Position numbers and translations under genes: made by a program | Shown here: one piece after another, positions 36,946 through 50,499 of the stretch | How positions within the stretch are numbered: the first letter of the stretch is position 1 | Layout: the number at the start of each line of letters is the position of its first letter | Notes under the pieces: model-generated | Seen by the model: only the letters and a program-made list of their open reading frames with translations | Databases searched by the model: none | Told to the model about the DNA's origin: nothing | Assembly: GCA_013265495.1 (NCBI GenBank) | Contig: MU058919.1 | Span: forward strand, 1,798,001 to 1,862,000 | DNA from: Vicugna vicugna | Taxonomy: Eukaryota | Direction of reading: 5' to 3' | DNA length: 64,000 nt

Positions 36946-39900
36946 TATAAAAAGCGACCCCAAGTCTCACCACTTATCCTGGGGCCTTCTTTCCTCCCTC
37001 CCACAAACAGCTGCCTTCTTTCTTTTCCCAAGCTTCACGTGACCATTATCCAGATGCCACCCCCAGCAGCAGAGGCAGCACCCATCTTTGGGCCACTTCC
37101 CACCGCCCCAGCCCAGAGGATGACCTGAACAAGTGTGTCTCAGGACCCAGCCATGCCTTGGCCACTCTGGGGACTGGAGTGCTGTGCTGTTGCGAGGAGG
37201 ATGGTAGAGGCAGGACCCGTGGGTTCCGGCCTCATCTCTGTGGTTCCCTGGCCATGTGTCCTCAGCAGAGCCACCCTGCCCTGGTCAGCTCATACACCAT
37301 GGGAGGCTTAACCCAGAGGAAGAGTCAACCTCTCTTCCGGGTCTAGAAGCCTCGTTCTGCCCACGATCACAATCACGACAATGCCCCTTTCCCAGAACCT
37401 CGACCACCCTTCTTTCTTCACTCACCTAGTCTCCTGCCGGCTCCCTCCAGCCCTTGCCAGGAGGAACACGGGGATCTGAGAGGCAGAGCCTCCCCACAAG
37501 CACAAGCTCACTTTTACGAGCCCTCCTGCCAACGACAGGACGCAAAAGACATTTAACACAAACGAACCTCACAACGCCACAGAGCCAGGCCAGCACTGCT
37601 TTGAGACGGCAGAGAACAGCAGAAATTGAGTTGTGGCAGGGGTTAAGAATGTTGCATCCAAGCCGGCCAGAGGCAGCTCATTTCTCTGGACCGTCTGTGG
37701 ATTTCCAGATTTCTTCCCAGGAGAGTTTGAACATGCAGAAAGGTTTCTTCCTTCCCAGACCCTCTTCTCATCCTTCCCCCTTTAAATTATCATTTCTGCC
37801 AAGAATCATCTGTCTCGCTACTTCCTGCTGCTCCATTAATTACAATAACAAGAAATAACCCTGCAGTGATGTCATCCAAACTTTTACTTCCCGTAGTGAA
37901 CCAACAGGTCTGCTCGAGGCCAGCTGCTTCACGCCTCCATTTTGGAAAGAACAAAATCACGGCTCGTGCCCTCCATGGAAGCTTTTATGTCTACAGAGGC
38001 ACTCACCCCCGAGGTTTTACAAGTTAAATAAAAATAAAATGTGTGTCAGGCACTGCTACCACCAAAATGTAGCTATTGTAAGGGGAAAGACAAGCAATCG
38101 ATTGTGTGCAGCTGTGAATGTAGGTTTATATACATAAAGAAAAGCCACATTTTCAAGACACATGTAACGAGGGTATAAAATACATTCAGTGTTTCTAGCG
38201 CGTGTGAGCTAGGAGGAGGTGGAGTTTAGTTTCTGGCATCTGTGGGGACATTAAGGTACCTGGGGGTGAAGAGGACACGTGGGAGAGGGGACGCTTCCCT
38301 GATGGGTATCGTCAGGGAGACAGGACAGAACTGGCAACCGGGAGGAAGGACCCCAGGCCACTGGCTCCGAGCTCCAGGGACTCAGGGAGCTTGGCCTGGT
38401 GGCCAGCAACGAGAGGTGTTTTTAATTCTCTGAAGGGATCGCAGGACCACTGTGCCCAATGGCACACTGTCAAAGTTCTGCGCTTGGGATTTCCAAGCAA
38501 AAGGGCTCTCTGGGGCCGCCAAGTGGGAGCCTCCCGGGAAGACGGGGGCCCAGTTAGCCAAAGAAATCAGCCAGGAAACAGCTGTGCCCAACCAGCTGTA
38601 CTCCAGTCTTATATCTCTCTGTACCCTCATCACCCTCAGGTCATCTCTATGACATGTAGTCGAAACGGGGCCACCATATGGAGTCTCTTCTGTGGATGCT
38701 GCGTTTTCAGCCTTTGGTTACCTTGGGTTACTACTCAAAGGGCTACGGCTGAATCCAGACACACGGGGCGGCGGTGTGCAGCACTGATACCACGTATCCA
38801 CCAGCCCCCAGGAGGAAACTTGCCCCGACCACATGGTCACAACACCTGCAAGAATCAAAGCAGAGCCTTTCTCGTGAAGGGGCTTGGGCACCAAGACCAA
38901 CAATCAAGGGGACAGCTAGGACTCATTTCCAATGGCAAGGACAAAGATTCCTTTGCCCGAGATTATTTTTTGTCTCTAGCCTGCCAGAAGTAAGGTCTTA
39001 TTATCAAATATATAAATTATTTGCAGCTGAAACTGCTGTGTTCCCAAGGACACTCCATCACCCAGAATTCGATATTCTGTCGCCGCCCCATCACTCTCCT
39101 TAGTTCCACAGCTGTTTTAGCCCAGAGTGCCTCGGCCAGTCCAGCTCCGCTTGTCAATTCCAAGCATACGGGGAAAGTGTGGAGGAGACGCGGGCACAGG
39201 CAGGCCAGGCTGTAACAGGACCGGCAGGGTCGGGCCAGGAGGGGGTGGGGGCAGCACACCTTTATTTTGGGGGCACCCCTGGAGTTGGAGCCAGCCTTAG
39301 TCGCACGGGAGACTCCGTGAGCATTTCTTTACATACCTTGGGGACTGGGACCTACAACTTAATTTGACCTCTGCCAACAATAATGTTCTTTCTTAAATTC
39401 TGTTTTCCTACTGTGGATCACGTCCAGAAAATTGCTTCGAGGGCAATCCAAAAATTGGTGAAAAGGCATCCCAAGCTCTAGAGAGTTTGAAAGCTGTGAG
39501 CTTGGCTCCTGGTCCCTAGGAGGGGCGACCCTAGAGAGGCAGCAGTGTCCGCGGTGGGTGCCAAGTCCGAGGTCCGCTGCCCCTTCCCCGAGGCGAGCAC
39601 AGAAGAGGGAGTCCTACCCAGCAGTCTTCACTGATCCAAACGTGGGACACAGCCCCTCAGTCTCACGGAAGCCACACCCTCCAGGCTCTCCACCCACAAC
39701 AAACAGTGGACTGGTTTCAATAAGATAGGAAGAAACAAAGAGGAAAGACCATTTTGAAACAGCCTATTATATGCAGAAAATTAAATCAAGCCCTGGCTCG
39801 AAGCAGAAGGGTGGACCCCGTACTAGCAGGCCATTACTTATTAATTCTCCTGCAAAGTCCCAACACGAATCAAACGACCGATTCCCAGAGGAAAACTTAC

Positions 39901-41179
39901 TCTCACTGACAAAAAGACGACCGAAATACCTCTAATGGTTGTTAATTTGAATACAATCAGTTCCAAAATGAGGACGAGAGGCTATTTCAATGGTGAGTTT
40001 ATTTATAAGGCGTTTTCGCAGATGAAACTAGAGAGACTGATTTAGAAACCACAGACTCTCTCCTGTGACAAAACCCACTTCCGGTATTAAGCGTGGTATT
40101 AAGGGCTCCGTGGAGAAATACTGACATTCTTCCCCTTTGATTTTGAATGTTCTAGGCAGAATTTAAAAATCCCAGTAACTGTGCTAAAAGGTTCTGATCT
40201 TGTACCCGAACACTGGAGTGATCTTGTCAAATAAAATGTTCCTCCAGGTTAACTGTGCTGTATACGTAGGCATTTAATATCACAGCTTACTGCAAAGTGC
40301 ACAAATCATTTTAACAGAGTGCAAATTTAACTACCATGAAGGCATTTTATACTCTGCTTAACTTCTCTGAGGGGCTCATATTTTTTGGAGCAGATAAATC
40401 AAGTTTCCATACAACTCTGCTTAAGGGAACAGCAGTCAAAACTTCTGAAGAGAAATACACCCCTCAAGGCTCTCTGGCTTAGAGGGTAAACAAACACACA
40501 CATCTACGCCCTCAGTCTAGCTGTCTACCTCTGGCACTTGCCTCTGCCCTTATCAAGGATGACCAGCCAGCAGCACACCTGAGCCAGGGCAGGTGTGGTC
40601 GAGTGACAGGCGGGGTTGCCAGAGTGCCCTCCTCCTGCCCCCCGACCATTCTGGAAGGACACGGATTGACCACTGTTGGCTGGAGAACACCCCTAACCCC
40701 ACCCCACGGGGGCTGACATCTGTGCCTTCTTGTTCACCATCACCAGAAACATGATCTCCCATATATCTCTTCTCAAATGAGCGCCATGCAAGACACCAAG
40801 AAGGTCCCCAGATGCACACCGGAAGTTTTTTAAAAGTGGTAAAAAGAAGAAATCCATGCCTACAGCAGCTGAATCCATCAATTATTTACTGAACTGAGGG
40901 AACCTTAGCCATGGCCCATCTGGAAGGGCCAGACTTGGGTCTCAAGCTGGACACCAGAGGTTGAGACATGGAGTCTCGGCCGGCCTGAGAGGAGCCCAAG
41001 GCAGCAGCAGCCCCCAAGCCGACAGGCTCAGGCACACGCCTCTACGTTCTGAGCACGCAGTCACATACGTGCCCTACACAAATGAGAAACACCCACCACT
41101 GCCTACGCGCCAGTGTGTGCCCACGCGTGGTATGTATGTGAAAGAAAGATGCACCAGACCGCGTGCAGGATGACTTGGA

Positions 41180-42270
41180 GGAAAGAAAGGAAACTGGGCC
41201 AGAAAGTAAGGAAACAAAGAAGAGACATTTTCAAACACACAAGATAACACCGCAGCCAGCCAGGCACTCACTGGCCAAGCCTGAAGCAAGCTGAGCATCA
41301 AAATGAATGATGACTGAAACCCACTAGATGAGGTAAGAACTGGAGTCTTTCTATACGTAGATAGATAAGGTAATTTGTCCTGTTCTATGTAAGGGAAAGA
41401 GGGAAGCTTCTTGTAAACAGTAGAGAGTGAACACATAAATGTGGGTACAAGAAAGGATGGCGTTGAGGGTTACCATTTGGCAGCCGCCATAATGAGTGAT
41501 TCGGATGAGAACCGTCAGCGGATGCGGAGACCAGCGGGTGGACAAGTCCGGGGCTCAACAGTGTGACTACATGGGCTCCAAACGCCTCCCCACGACATCC
41601 TTGTTAGTGACAAAGGGAAAGAGAGTAGCTTTACAGTGGAGAAAACAGAGACACCACCAAGCCGAAGTGACTGAATCAGACAGACTGACACCGCGTGCCT
41701 TCTCTGGGGTGTCCTGCCAAAGGTGTGTCTGGCCCGATCGGGAGAAAACCCGAGACAAACCCAGATGAAGGGACAGTCTATACAAAACAACTGCTCTGTT
41801 CCTGTAAAGCCAGCAAGGAAACAACCCTGTGGACCAAAGGCAGATGAGGAGCTGCGTTAAAGACGGCCAAGGAGACACGGCAGCTGAACTTTCTTTTGCC
41901 ATAAAGACGTTACTGTGACAACTGGCAAAACGCTACAGAAAGGTCGAAAGACGAGATAATGCCATCGTCGGTGTTAATTTCCTGGTTTTGCTACTTGGGT
42001 CATAAAAACTGTGCTGGTACTTAAGGAAAACTAACTTCTTTATCCCTGAACACTTCCGCTCACTCTGGTCATTCTCAGAGGGTTCAGGAAAAAAAAACTC
42101 CAGCGCTTCTGTGTGTGTGTGTACAAGGGAAGAACTAAGCAAATGTGGTAAAAGATCACCTAGGGGTGTCTTGAGTGAAGGGTGATTAGAAATTCCTTGT
42201 CCCATTCTTACAACTCTTCTGTAAGCCTGAAATTATAGCAAATATGAAAAATTTTTTTAAAAAAGAAAAA
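41180..42270 (+). mobile_element. L1MC4/L1MC3-like long 3' UTR fragment (about 1.1 kb)
   Basis: Ordered diagnostic blocks: ACAAAGGGAAAGAGAGTAGCTTTACAGTGGAGAAAAC, GACAAACCCAGATGAAGGGACA, TTTTGCCATAAAGAC, GTGTTAATTTCCTGGTTTTG, AAGCAAATGTGGTAAAA and TTCTGTAAGCCTGAAATTAT. Confidence 0.8.
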
Positions 42271-44632
42271 TGGGCATAAATACAGTGATTGTGTTTTAGT
42301 TTCAAGATCAAGATTGACTGATATGCCCCTACAGGACCCAAATTATTGCAAGGTGGTTTTATTACTCTTAAAGGTAAAGTGACCAAAAGTCAAGTAAGAG
42401 TCACGGCACATCAGGGGCTTTAGGTGGAAAGACAGGTGGGCCCCCCCGACCCCGTGCTGCCCTCAAGGCAGCGACGGGCTAAGACAAAGGCAGCAGGGGC
42501 CTCCCCACTCTGCCGCCTCCAGTCTGGGGTTCACAGAGGCCTCAAAGGAACTGTGTGCGGGGCTCTGAGAAAGGCCTGGAGAGACCACCCAGAAGGGCTG
42601 ACCCATCTGCCCCTCGCAACCTTCTGTCTGAGCTGGGCCTGCTTTGAGGAACTGGCCATGGAGTGCCCAGACTGTGACACCTCCAAACCCCAGGCCCTCA
42701 CGTGGGCTCTGGACCCACCGCCCTTGTCCAGTCTCTGGCTCCAGCTCGAGGTGTGAGGCCCACAGCCTTCAGGCTGCCTGCGCGAGGGCAGAAGGCGTGG
42801 GGACGCTGGGGCTCCGGTGCTCTAGGACTCACTGACCTTCCCCCTAGTCCAACCCCACGGGGCAGGGCTGATTCTCCACCACAGCCAAAGCCAGAACCAG
42901 CCCAACAGCACGACTCAGGCCCAAGGCAGGGTGTGAAGGTCTCCAAGTTTAACACGTCCTCCCTGGTGGCCCCAGAGCAAGGCCTGGCCAGGCTCCCAGA
43001 CACAGCCCGATGGCCTGATGGCTGGACTCCCTGGGCAGCAGCTCACAGGCCCCAGTCAAAGCTGCCTCTTAAAAACCCCACGATCCTCACAGCTAACTGA
43101 CATCCTCACCATTTAAATGCAGCCCAACTGGTCACTCTCTGGAGAAGACAGACAACTGTCAGTAGCTTTCACACACAAAAAAACTTTTTCTATAACTAAC
43201 TTTGACTTTCCATCATTCAATCGATCCTTTTAAAAATTTAATACGCCTCTGCCTCAGGTAACATCTTCAGCTAATTTTGCCTCTCCCCCCTCACCAGATC
43301 ACAGTGGCTGGGCAAGGTGTCTCTGATAAATCTTCAGTCAGTTTTCAAAGGACGAGGCCCGTCGGCTTCAGCATCACCTTCTGCTTTTCACGTTCTTGCT
43401 GTTAGAGAATTCAGCTCAGAAGCTATTTCTCCAGGAGAGGGCTTCCCGGAGCTCAGAAAGCAAGATTTATGTGTTCCTTCCTCTGAGCCACACAGGGCAG
43501 CGCCTGCCTGGGATCCAGGGGAGAGAGCATTTCCCCGGGTGGCCGTCCCCACCATCCTGGCGGGCTGGGGTCCAGGAGGGCAGAGGTACGCCCGTCATCT
43601 CTGCCTCCCAGCGGCGGATGCCGAGCACTGCTTGATGGAGGCTAGCTAAAGCGAGCGCCAGTACAGTTAGACTAATATTTTACCTTAAAAATGGAAGGTT
43701 TCCATCTGGCACCAAAGACTTATGTGTAAGACCACCGGATCTACATTCCCAACATGCTTTCCCAAATTGCAAGAGAGCACGGCCAAGTCACTCAGAAAAA
43801 AGCTCTCGATTTGACTCTGGATCAAAAGAAGTCTCCAAACATGCAGCATGGAAGTGACTCTTGGGGAAACCTAAGGGGCTCGTGGTAGGCTCCTCTCTAA
43901 GAAGCCTCAGGCAGGAGGGTGGGGAGGATACTCAGCCAGGCAGCCTTGCACAAGCTCCCGCCCGAGTGAGGCCTCAACCCTCCAAGACTCAGTTCCTCAT
44001 CTGCAGAAGATGTGGAAGATGCCCATGACAGAGGCCAAGCTAATGAAACTGTGGCCAGCAGAGAGGAGGACACGGCCCTTGGAGTCCCCTGTCTCGGACT
44101 GAGGGAGCAGCCAGGCTGCATTTGCTGCTCCTTCTGAGCGCGGATCCTGTGACTCTGCACCAGCCGGCAGCACTGGGGCCGCAGGCCACCTGAACGGGCA
44201 ATGGGGCACCGCGGGTGAGGCTGGTCCAGGGACCTTCTATTTATCGGGAGCCCACAGCAGCCGAGTGGCAAGGAGACTAATGAATAAGAGCTGGCTGGCG
44301 GGTGTGTTCCTGCAAGCTGGTTGCTACCCACCCACTCTGCCCTGCCCCGCCCCACGCCCTGCCTCTCCTCTCCCCTCCGGGAGGGGAGGGCACTTCTGGG
44401 AGTAGTACCCTGATGCCACCTCCCCCAGCCCCAGGGTCGACACAACCTCAGTCTTGGGGGCCCTCAATGGTGGCCCCAGTCTAAGCAGGATTTCCTAGGC
44501 CGTGGGGTTCTCAGAAGCACCCACAACCCTCTCCCCTTCCATCCTTTATTCCCTGGCAGAGGGTGGGCCTGCTGACCACAGAGCAGGTCCTGACCCCGCC
44601 CAGGAAGCCATCATGCGTCCCGCTCCCTGTTA

Positions 44633-44663
44633 CCTTCCTTCCTTCCTTCCTTCCTTCCTCCTT
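44633..44663 (+). repeat. (CCTT)6 microsatellite
   Basis: Six perfect units, then a degenerate tail. Confidence 0.9.
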
Positions 44664-47600
44664 GCTGACCAAAAGGGCCCCTTTTCACCAAGGCACCTCA
44701 TGATCCCCCAGACATTTCCCAGCTGCTGCCCCAGATCTGTCCCCCAGAGGTGCTGGCTTCTCCACCTGTTGCTGCTCATGCTTGACACACAAGCCCAGAG
44801 AGAGCTCTGCCTTCGCCACGTCAGCAAGTCTTCGCCAAAGTGCACTTGCCCTTGAGCATTCCCCAGGCTCCACGCAAACAAAGCCCTCTCCTTAGCAACA
44901 GCTAGCTGGGCAGAACCCAAAGGCGACCTGACCTGGAGCTGCTCCGGCACCCGGGGCTCCTGACTACCAGGACAGAAGTCACTTTCCATCCGCCATCCCC
45001 ACCCATCGCCCAAGCTGGGGCACCACCATGTCAGGAGGAAACATGAGGCAGATTGCAAACAGCTGCCCAGCTCCAAGACAAAGTTTTATTTCAGTGGCTA
45101 AGAGGGAAAGTGGAGAAAAGGCGCCAACATTTTTGCTAACAGCATAATTATATCCGAGGAAACTCTTTCGTCTAAGATTCCTACGGGCCCTGGCAGCAAT
45201 TTAAGCAGCTGAGAAAAGATGGTGAAGACAAAGTCATTAGCACAGGATCCCTTTCGCGTCTGACATCTGATGTTCTTTAATGACAATGAAAGAAAGCTTC
45301 GTGGACGTCTGGCGGGGGGCCACCCCGTGTGCACCAGCAGTTACAGAAAGTGTTCAGTGGGGGACTCGCTGTTTTAAAGATCCCATTAACCGGAGACAAT
45401 TCCATCTCTGACTCTCCAGGCTTAGCTGGTAGCTTTACTTCTGAAATCAGGGCAAAAAAGTCCTCTGGGGGCGCGCTCTCCTCCAGCAGGAAGCCTGGGG
45501 GAAGTTCACTCCTGTTGACTTCACGCTCGCCACCCCTGAGCTAACGGGGACGTTACTGGCTAATGTGGACCCACATGTGGACTCACTACCATAGGGCCCT
45601 TGTAGCTCTTCTTGCTTCTTTCCAAGCTATTTCCAGAGACACCTAGGGATCTTCCTTTTTTTGGGGAGGGGGGTCTTTTTTTAAAAACCTACATCTGACC
45701 GTATCACACTGTCCTTGAACCTCTCCAAATGGCTCCCACAGCCCCCACTGCCTCAACGGTCGAGATCAGGAATCTGATGGGCGACCCACTCAGGGCTACT
45801 GCACAGCCGCACTGGTCGTGACCCCACCCGCTCTGCCCAGGGCCCCCCTGCCCAGATCTCCACAAGGCTGCTGCCTCCTGGCAGCCCACCTCGGAGGCCC
45901 GCTCTCAACACTCCCACCAAATTGGCTCCTCTGCCCAAGACATAATGGATTCTCAGCCTGACACGTCCACATCTCGCAGGAAAACAATCCATCAGGGGTG
46001 TACTGTTTTCTAGAACACAAACCTGGTGATAGCTTGTCCATGCACTCACAAAGCCTGGAACGGTCCCCATCACACACGCGCTTACGTGTGGGCACACACA
46101 TCACATACACACAATTTTTTTTAAGTGTGAACTGACACACAATTTTTCAAAGGGTGTGCAACTAAGTCTGTAGTGAGCATAGGCTGGCCAGTCCCAACCT
46201 CAGCCCTGAAAAGAGGGGCTTGGGCCCTTCTTGCCTTGGACAGAAGCATCTGTGAGGGTCAATGGAGCCGTATGACACAGGCCAAAGGGAAAGAAACCCC
46301 TGGGGATGCACCATCTACTCATGCCAGGGAAGATCCTGCAGGTGGGGGGAGGGTCTGTCTGCCAAAGGACCCCCCCCCGCCTCCCAGCTCTGTAATTCTA
46401 CTGGCTGTCACCCCACACCTCGAGTCCCCCTTTGCATTCACTTTCCCCTTGAGTTTTTCTGTTTGACTGACAAGTAAGCTCCCCCATCCAGGGGCATGTA
46501 CACATCTCTGATGTGTTTGACTCTAGGGGAGATCTGGGATGTAGGCTCTCACGACATGCAGGCTAGGCCAGGTGGGCTGTCAGGCAGTCCTCCAGACACA
46601 GGGGTCCGGCTCACAGCTGGACAACATGTTAAGAATTTTTCAAGTTTTTAAAAGAACTATGCTTCCCGCTCCCGCCCAGCTCTGCCCTCTGGGACAGGCT
46701 GCCTTCTCCTTTCTCAAGACAATCCTCAAGGACACACGTTCCTCCTCTCTGCTCAACAGCCCAGTCCCGGAGTGTCTTCCTGGCTCTCCATCTCAACCTG
46801 CTTTTGTGAGCTTTTCCTGGAAGCTGACCCCTGCACCCACCCGAGACCGCAGGGCCCACTGAGAACACGCCCCCCACCCTCCTTCTGTCCCATTCTGCCT
46901 GCTGGGACCAAAGGCCACCTGCATTCCTGTCCAGACAAACGTAACTGACCTCCTGTGCGTCGGACACGCAGCACAGACCCTCAAGAAGCTCACAGAATGG
47001 GGATGCGACAGCAGTTAGGGTGACAAAAACCCCAAGATAAAGGGAACAGAAGTTGGCAAGAGGCAAGGTCCCTGCTGCTAGTTACAGGGAAGGAACAGGG
47101 GTGGGGAGGGGACACCGACACAGGTACACAGGGGCAGGTCACAAACCACCACCCAAAATGAAGAGTTGGAAACATACACTCTCTCTCTCTCCTCTCCACA
47201 AACGACTATAAGCATTGACGCTGCCCCTCTGGTACCTTCTATGACGTTCAAGGTTCTACTTTGACAGTGCTCACCCTCCAGTCATGGCTAAATAACCCAC
47301 CCAGCACTGAAGCACCGTCCACCCGTCAACACAGCGGAAAAGCCTGGATCACCCTGATAACCTCAGGACTTTTCTGTTGCCCATTTACCTTTTGGACCAT
47401 GTGGTGCAAGTCCAGGGCATCTGAAAACGTCTCTCTCCCGGAAACTACGTAGTTTCCAACTGCAGAAACCAACAGCCCCGCCTAAGATCTAAGAATGTTG
47501 CGATGCTTTAAAATACACACCCAACGAGGGAGCAAGCAACACCCCTCGCAATTCCTGCTTCTGACCGTCGTGCAAGCCTGCCTTCGAGAAACGCCCCCAA

Positions 47601-48529
47601 GTCAGGGGATGCCATGGAAGGGGGGTAAATGCCAGCCTCTGCCCTTCTCCCCCCGAGTTCAACGACAACTTCTACAGAGAAAACGGATTTTAAACAAAGA
47701 GAAGATAAAACATCAAACGGAACCACTTTAACGCAGTAGCCTATCCATCGTGCTTTCTACTCTAGCTGGGATTCATCGGCTTGGTTCCTGAGATAGAAAA
47801 CTGGGATCGGAGACCAGAAGCCCGCATTCTAATTTCTTCCCCCAAACATGCAACAGAGTATGAAACAGCTCTCACCAAGCGTATTTACCACGTAGGACCC
47901 CACGGAATCGCGCCCTACACAGTATTTCTGAGCCTGATAATATGTTGGAAAACATTTTTTTTTTACTGTGAGATGTTTGCTCTTAACAAATTTTAGACTA
48001 GAATAAAAATTGCTCTTACACAAGAGTATTAAAAAGGAAAATAAAAACTATTCACAAGATTTTGGTTTTTAAACATCCGGAAGTTCTGACGTTATCAGAA
48101 AAGTTGACGCAAAAATGTTAAATCAGGGCAATAAAAATGCCTGATGGAATCGATGAGATTATTCCGGAAAAGCTGACCAAACTTGGTGAACTGGAGAAGT
48201 TATAGCCCGACCAGGGAGAGCCTGGCTCCAGGCGGGAAGAGTCAACCCGGGGTTATCAAATGACAAGTTGTCAACCTAGGGGCCGATCGCCCACCACACA
48301 GATTTCTTGACGACTGTCCTGGTCAGTCTCCACTCCTGCTCGTTCCTGAACCTACACAAAGTGTGCAGACTGGGCGCCGCTCACAGCAGGCCCACCACGC
48401 CCACGGGGACAGAGAGAAACTGTGCAACCTTCAGGGCAGAGGAGAAGGCAAGGAAAGCAGCGGCTGGAACCAGGCTGAAGCAGGACAGCCTCCTAAACTC
48501 ACCTGCACATCATTTCCTGCAGTCCGAGC

Positions 48530-48590
48530 TCCGTCCTGCACATACAGCTGGCACTTAATAAATGCCTTCTCAATAAAAGAAACAAAGAAA
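48530..48590 (+). mobile_element. L2 3' tail remnant
   Basis: CACATACAGCTGGCACTTAATAAATG resembles the L2 terminus. Confidence 0.4.
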
Positions 48591-49194
48591 CCACTACATG
48601 TAATCTGGCTGTGGAGGGGAACCCCTAATGAGGGACTGAGTTGTAGGAGGATCCCCACCCTGGCCTCTGCTGGCTCAGTGTTTACACCCCCCCCCAGTAT
48701 AAGTTAGGACTCACTTTGTCCTCAGGAACCCTTCCCGCTGGGTTTCTCCACTGGTGGGACATCAGGGGGCGAGGCAGCCTCGTTAATAACTGGCCCCAGG
48801 GGGCAATTCCAAGGCAACAGTCCTTGAAGATCACAACCCAAACCCTCCTTGCTCCAGACAGATAACATCTGCCCGTGTGGGCAGGAGGAGGGGAAGGAAA
48901 AGATGCAACCAAAACGGGATTCTCCTTGAAAAGCAGAATTCGTGAAAGCACTTCGGAGAGGGATACGGTTTGGCAGTCAAATGCAAAGAACATGTACCGT
49001 GAACTGAAGATCTATGCTTGTAAGTGTCGTACATGTATATGTGATTACCATCACGGGGGGAGGACTTACAAACTGGGAAGATGAGAGAGACACCGCCACC
49101 AAAGACAGCAGGTCGGTCCTGTGATCACGAGGGGTCCAGGCGCTGCTTTGCCCGGTGTACAAGCATTTGCTCTTTTAAGTCCTTTCGAGCCCAC

Positions 49195-49300
49195 CAGACA
49201 GGTACTACTGTCCCTGGTTTTAAGGAGGAAACTGAGGCACAGAGAGGATCAACTATTTTCCCAAAGTCACACAGCTACCAAAGGGCAGCTGGACAGTAGC
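49195..49300 (-). mobile_element. MIR core
   Basis: GAGGAAACTGAGGCACAGAGAGG...CCCAAAGTCACACAGCTA. Confidence 0.8.
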
Positions 49301-49722
49301 ATACACTGTTCTGCCAAGAAAGAGAAAAATGGTGGTGTGGAGCGGGTGGGGAGCCATTTACAAAAACCTAAAACAAAGCAAGTACACAGACTGACTGACA
49401 TAGACTTCTGTGTCTGCACATGTACCCACAGATACTCACAGGGAAATACTGGATTTGTCTATGTAAAATCTGCTATATCCAACAGGAATACAAGGATGGC
49501 AGGATTCTTTCCGGTATGTCAACAGAAAGCCCCCTCGGAGTGCTTATATACACTTGAATAATTTAGGAAAAGCAAGGAGAAAGGACACAGACAGCATCTC
49601 GAGTTAGAATAATTAGCTTTGTTTTCTTAATAAATCTTGTACTTCTTCCCTCTTCATTAAGCATAAGACCCTTCTGTAAACACTAAAATGATCAGCAATT
49701 TTTCCCCTATTAAAAAAAAAAT

Positions 49723-49850
49723 GGGGGGGGGCGGGTATAGATAGCTCAGTGGCAGAGTGTGTGCTTAGCATGCACAAGGTCCTGGGTTCAATCCTCAATA
49801 TCTCCATTAAAATAAATAAGCCTAATTACCTCCCCCTTAAACAAACAAAA
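49723..49850 (+). mobile_element. tRNA-derived camelid SINE (Vic-1 type), full length
   Basis: G-rich head, A box TAGCTCAGTGG (49742-49752), GCTTAGCATGCAC, B box GGGTTCAATCC (49784-49794), CTCCATTAAAATAAATAAGCCTAATTACCTCCCCC and an A-rich tail. Confidence 0.9.
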
Positions 49851-50499
49851 ATCAACATATATTCATTATAAGAACACTGAATGGGGTGAGAGGAGAATGG
49901 GGCGGGGAGAACCAAATTCTACCAACTAAAGATAACTACTATGAAATATTCATGATCAGATTTCTCCCGTGAGTATTTCTCTGGCTTTATTCATAAATGT
50001 ACATTCAATATCGGATCTTTCCACTTTAAGACAAGCCTTCTACTTATGTTATTTCAAACTGTGAAAGCATCATTTTAAAAAGAATGAGCTATTTTCCCAC
50101 TGTTGGAGGCTTGAGGCATCTGTCTTTTTGCCATCAAATTACCCCATGACGAAGCATCCTGACGTATTAAGGCTTTTCTGGCACTGGGTGGGTGAGGGAG
50201 ATTAGTAGGTCAGAGGGCACGCATGCTGTTTTGGAAGGCCTACGCTGGTTTCCATGTCTGAAGAGTTTGACTAATCACTTCTCAGTCTCTGGCAGCATCT
50301 TACTGGCTATTCCATCAATACATGGACACGCACACCCGCCTGTACACACACGACAGTCTTGTCCCACTGGGTTTAATTCTACAGCAGAGAGTCAGGCCCG
50401 GACAGCCTGGGAGGAGAGGAGAGGTGGTGACATCAGCAGAGGCAGGAACCCAGTCTCCAGACAAGCCCACACCGGAACAGACCGGATTCTCCCATCCAG

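Noticed and set aside
49728-49800. Possible tRNA gene (A and B boxes); also at 36566
   Set aside because: It continues into the SINE-specific body and A-rich tail and has no proper acceptor stem. These are tRNA-derived SINE heads.
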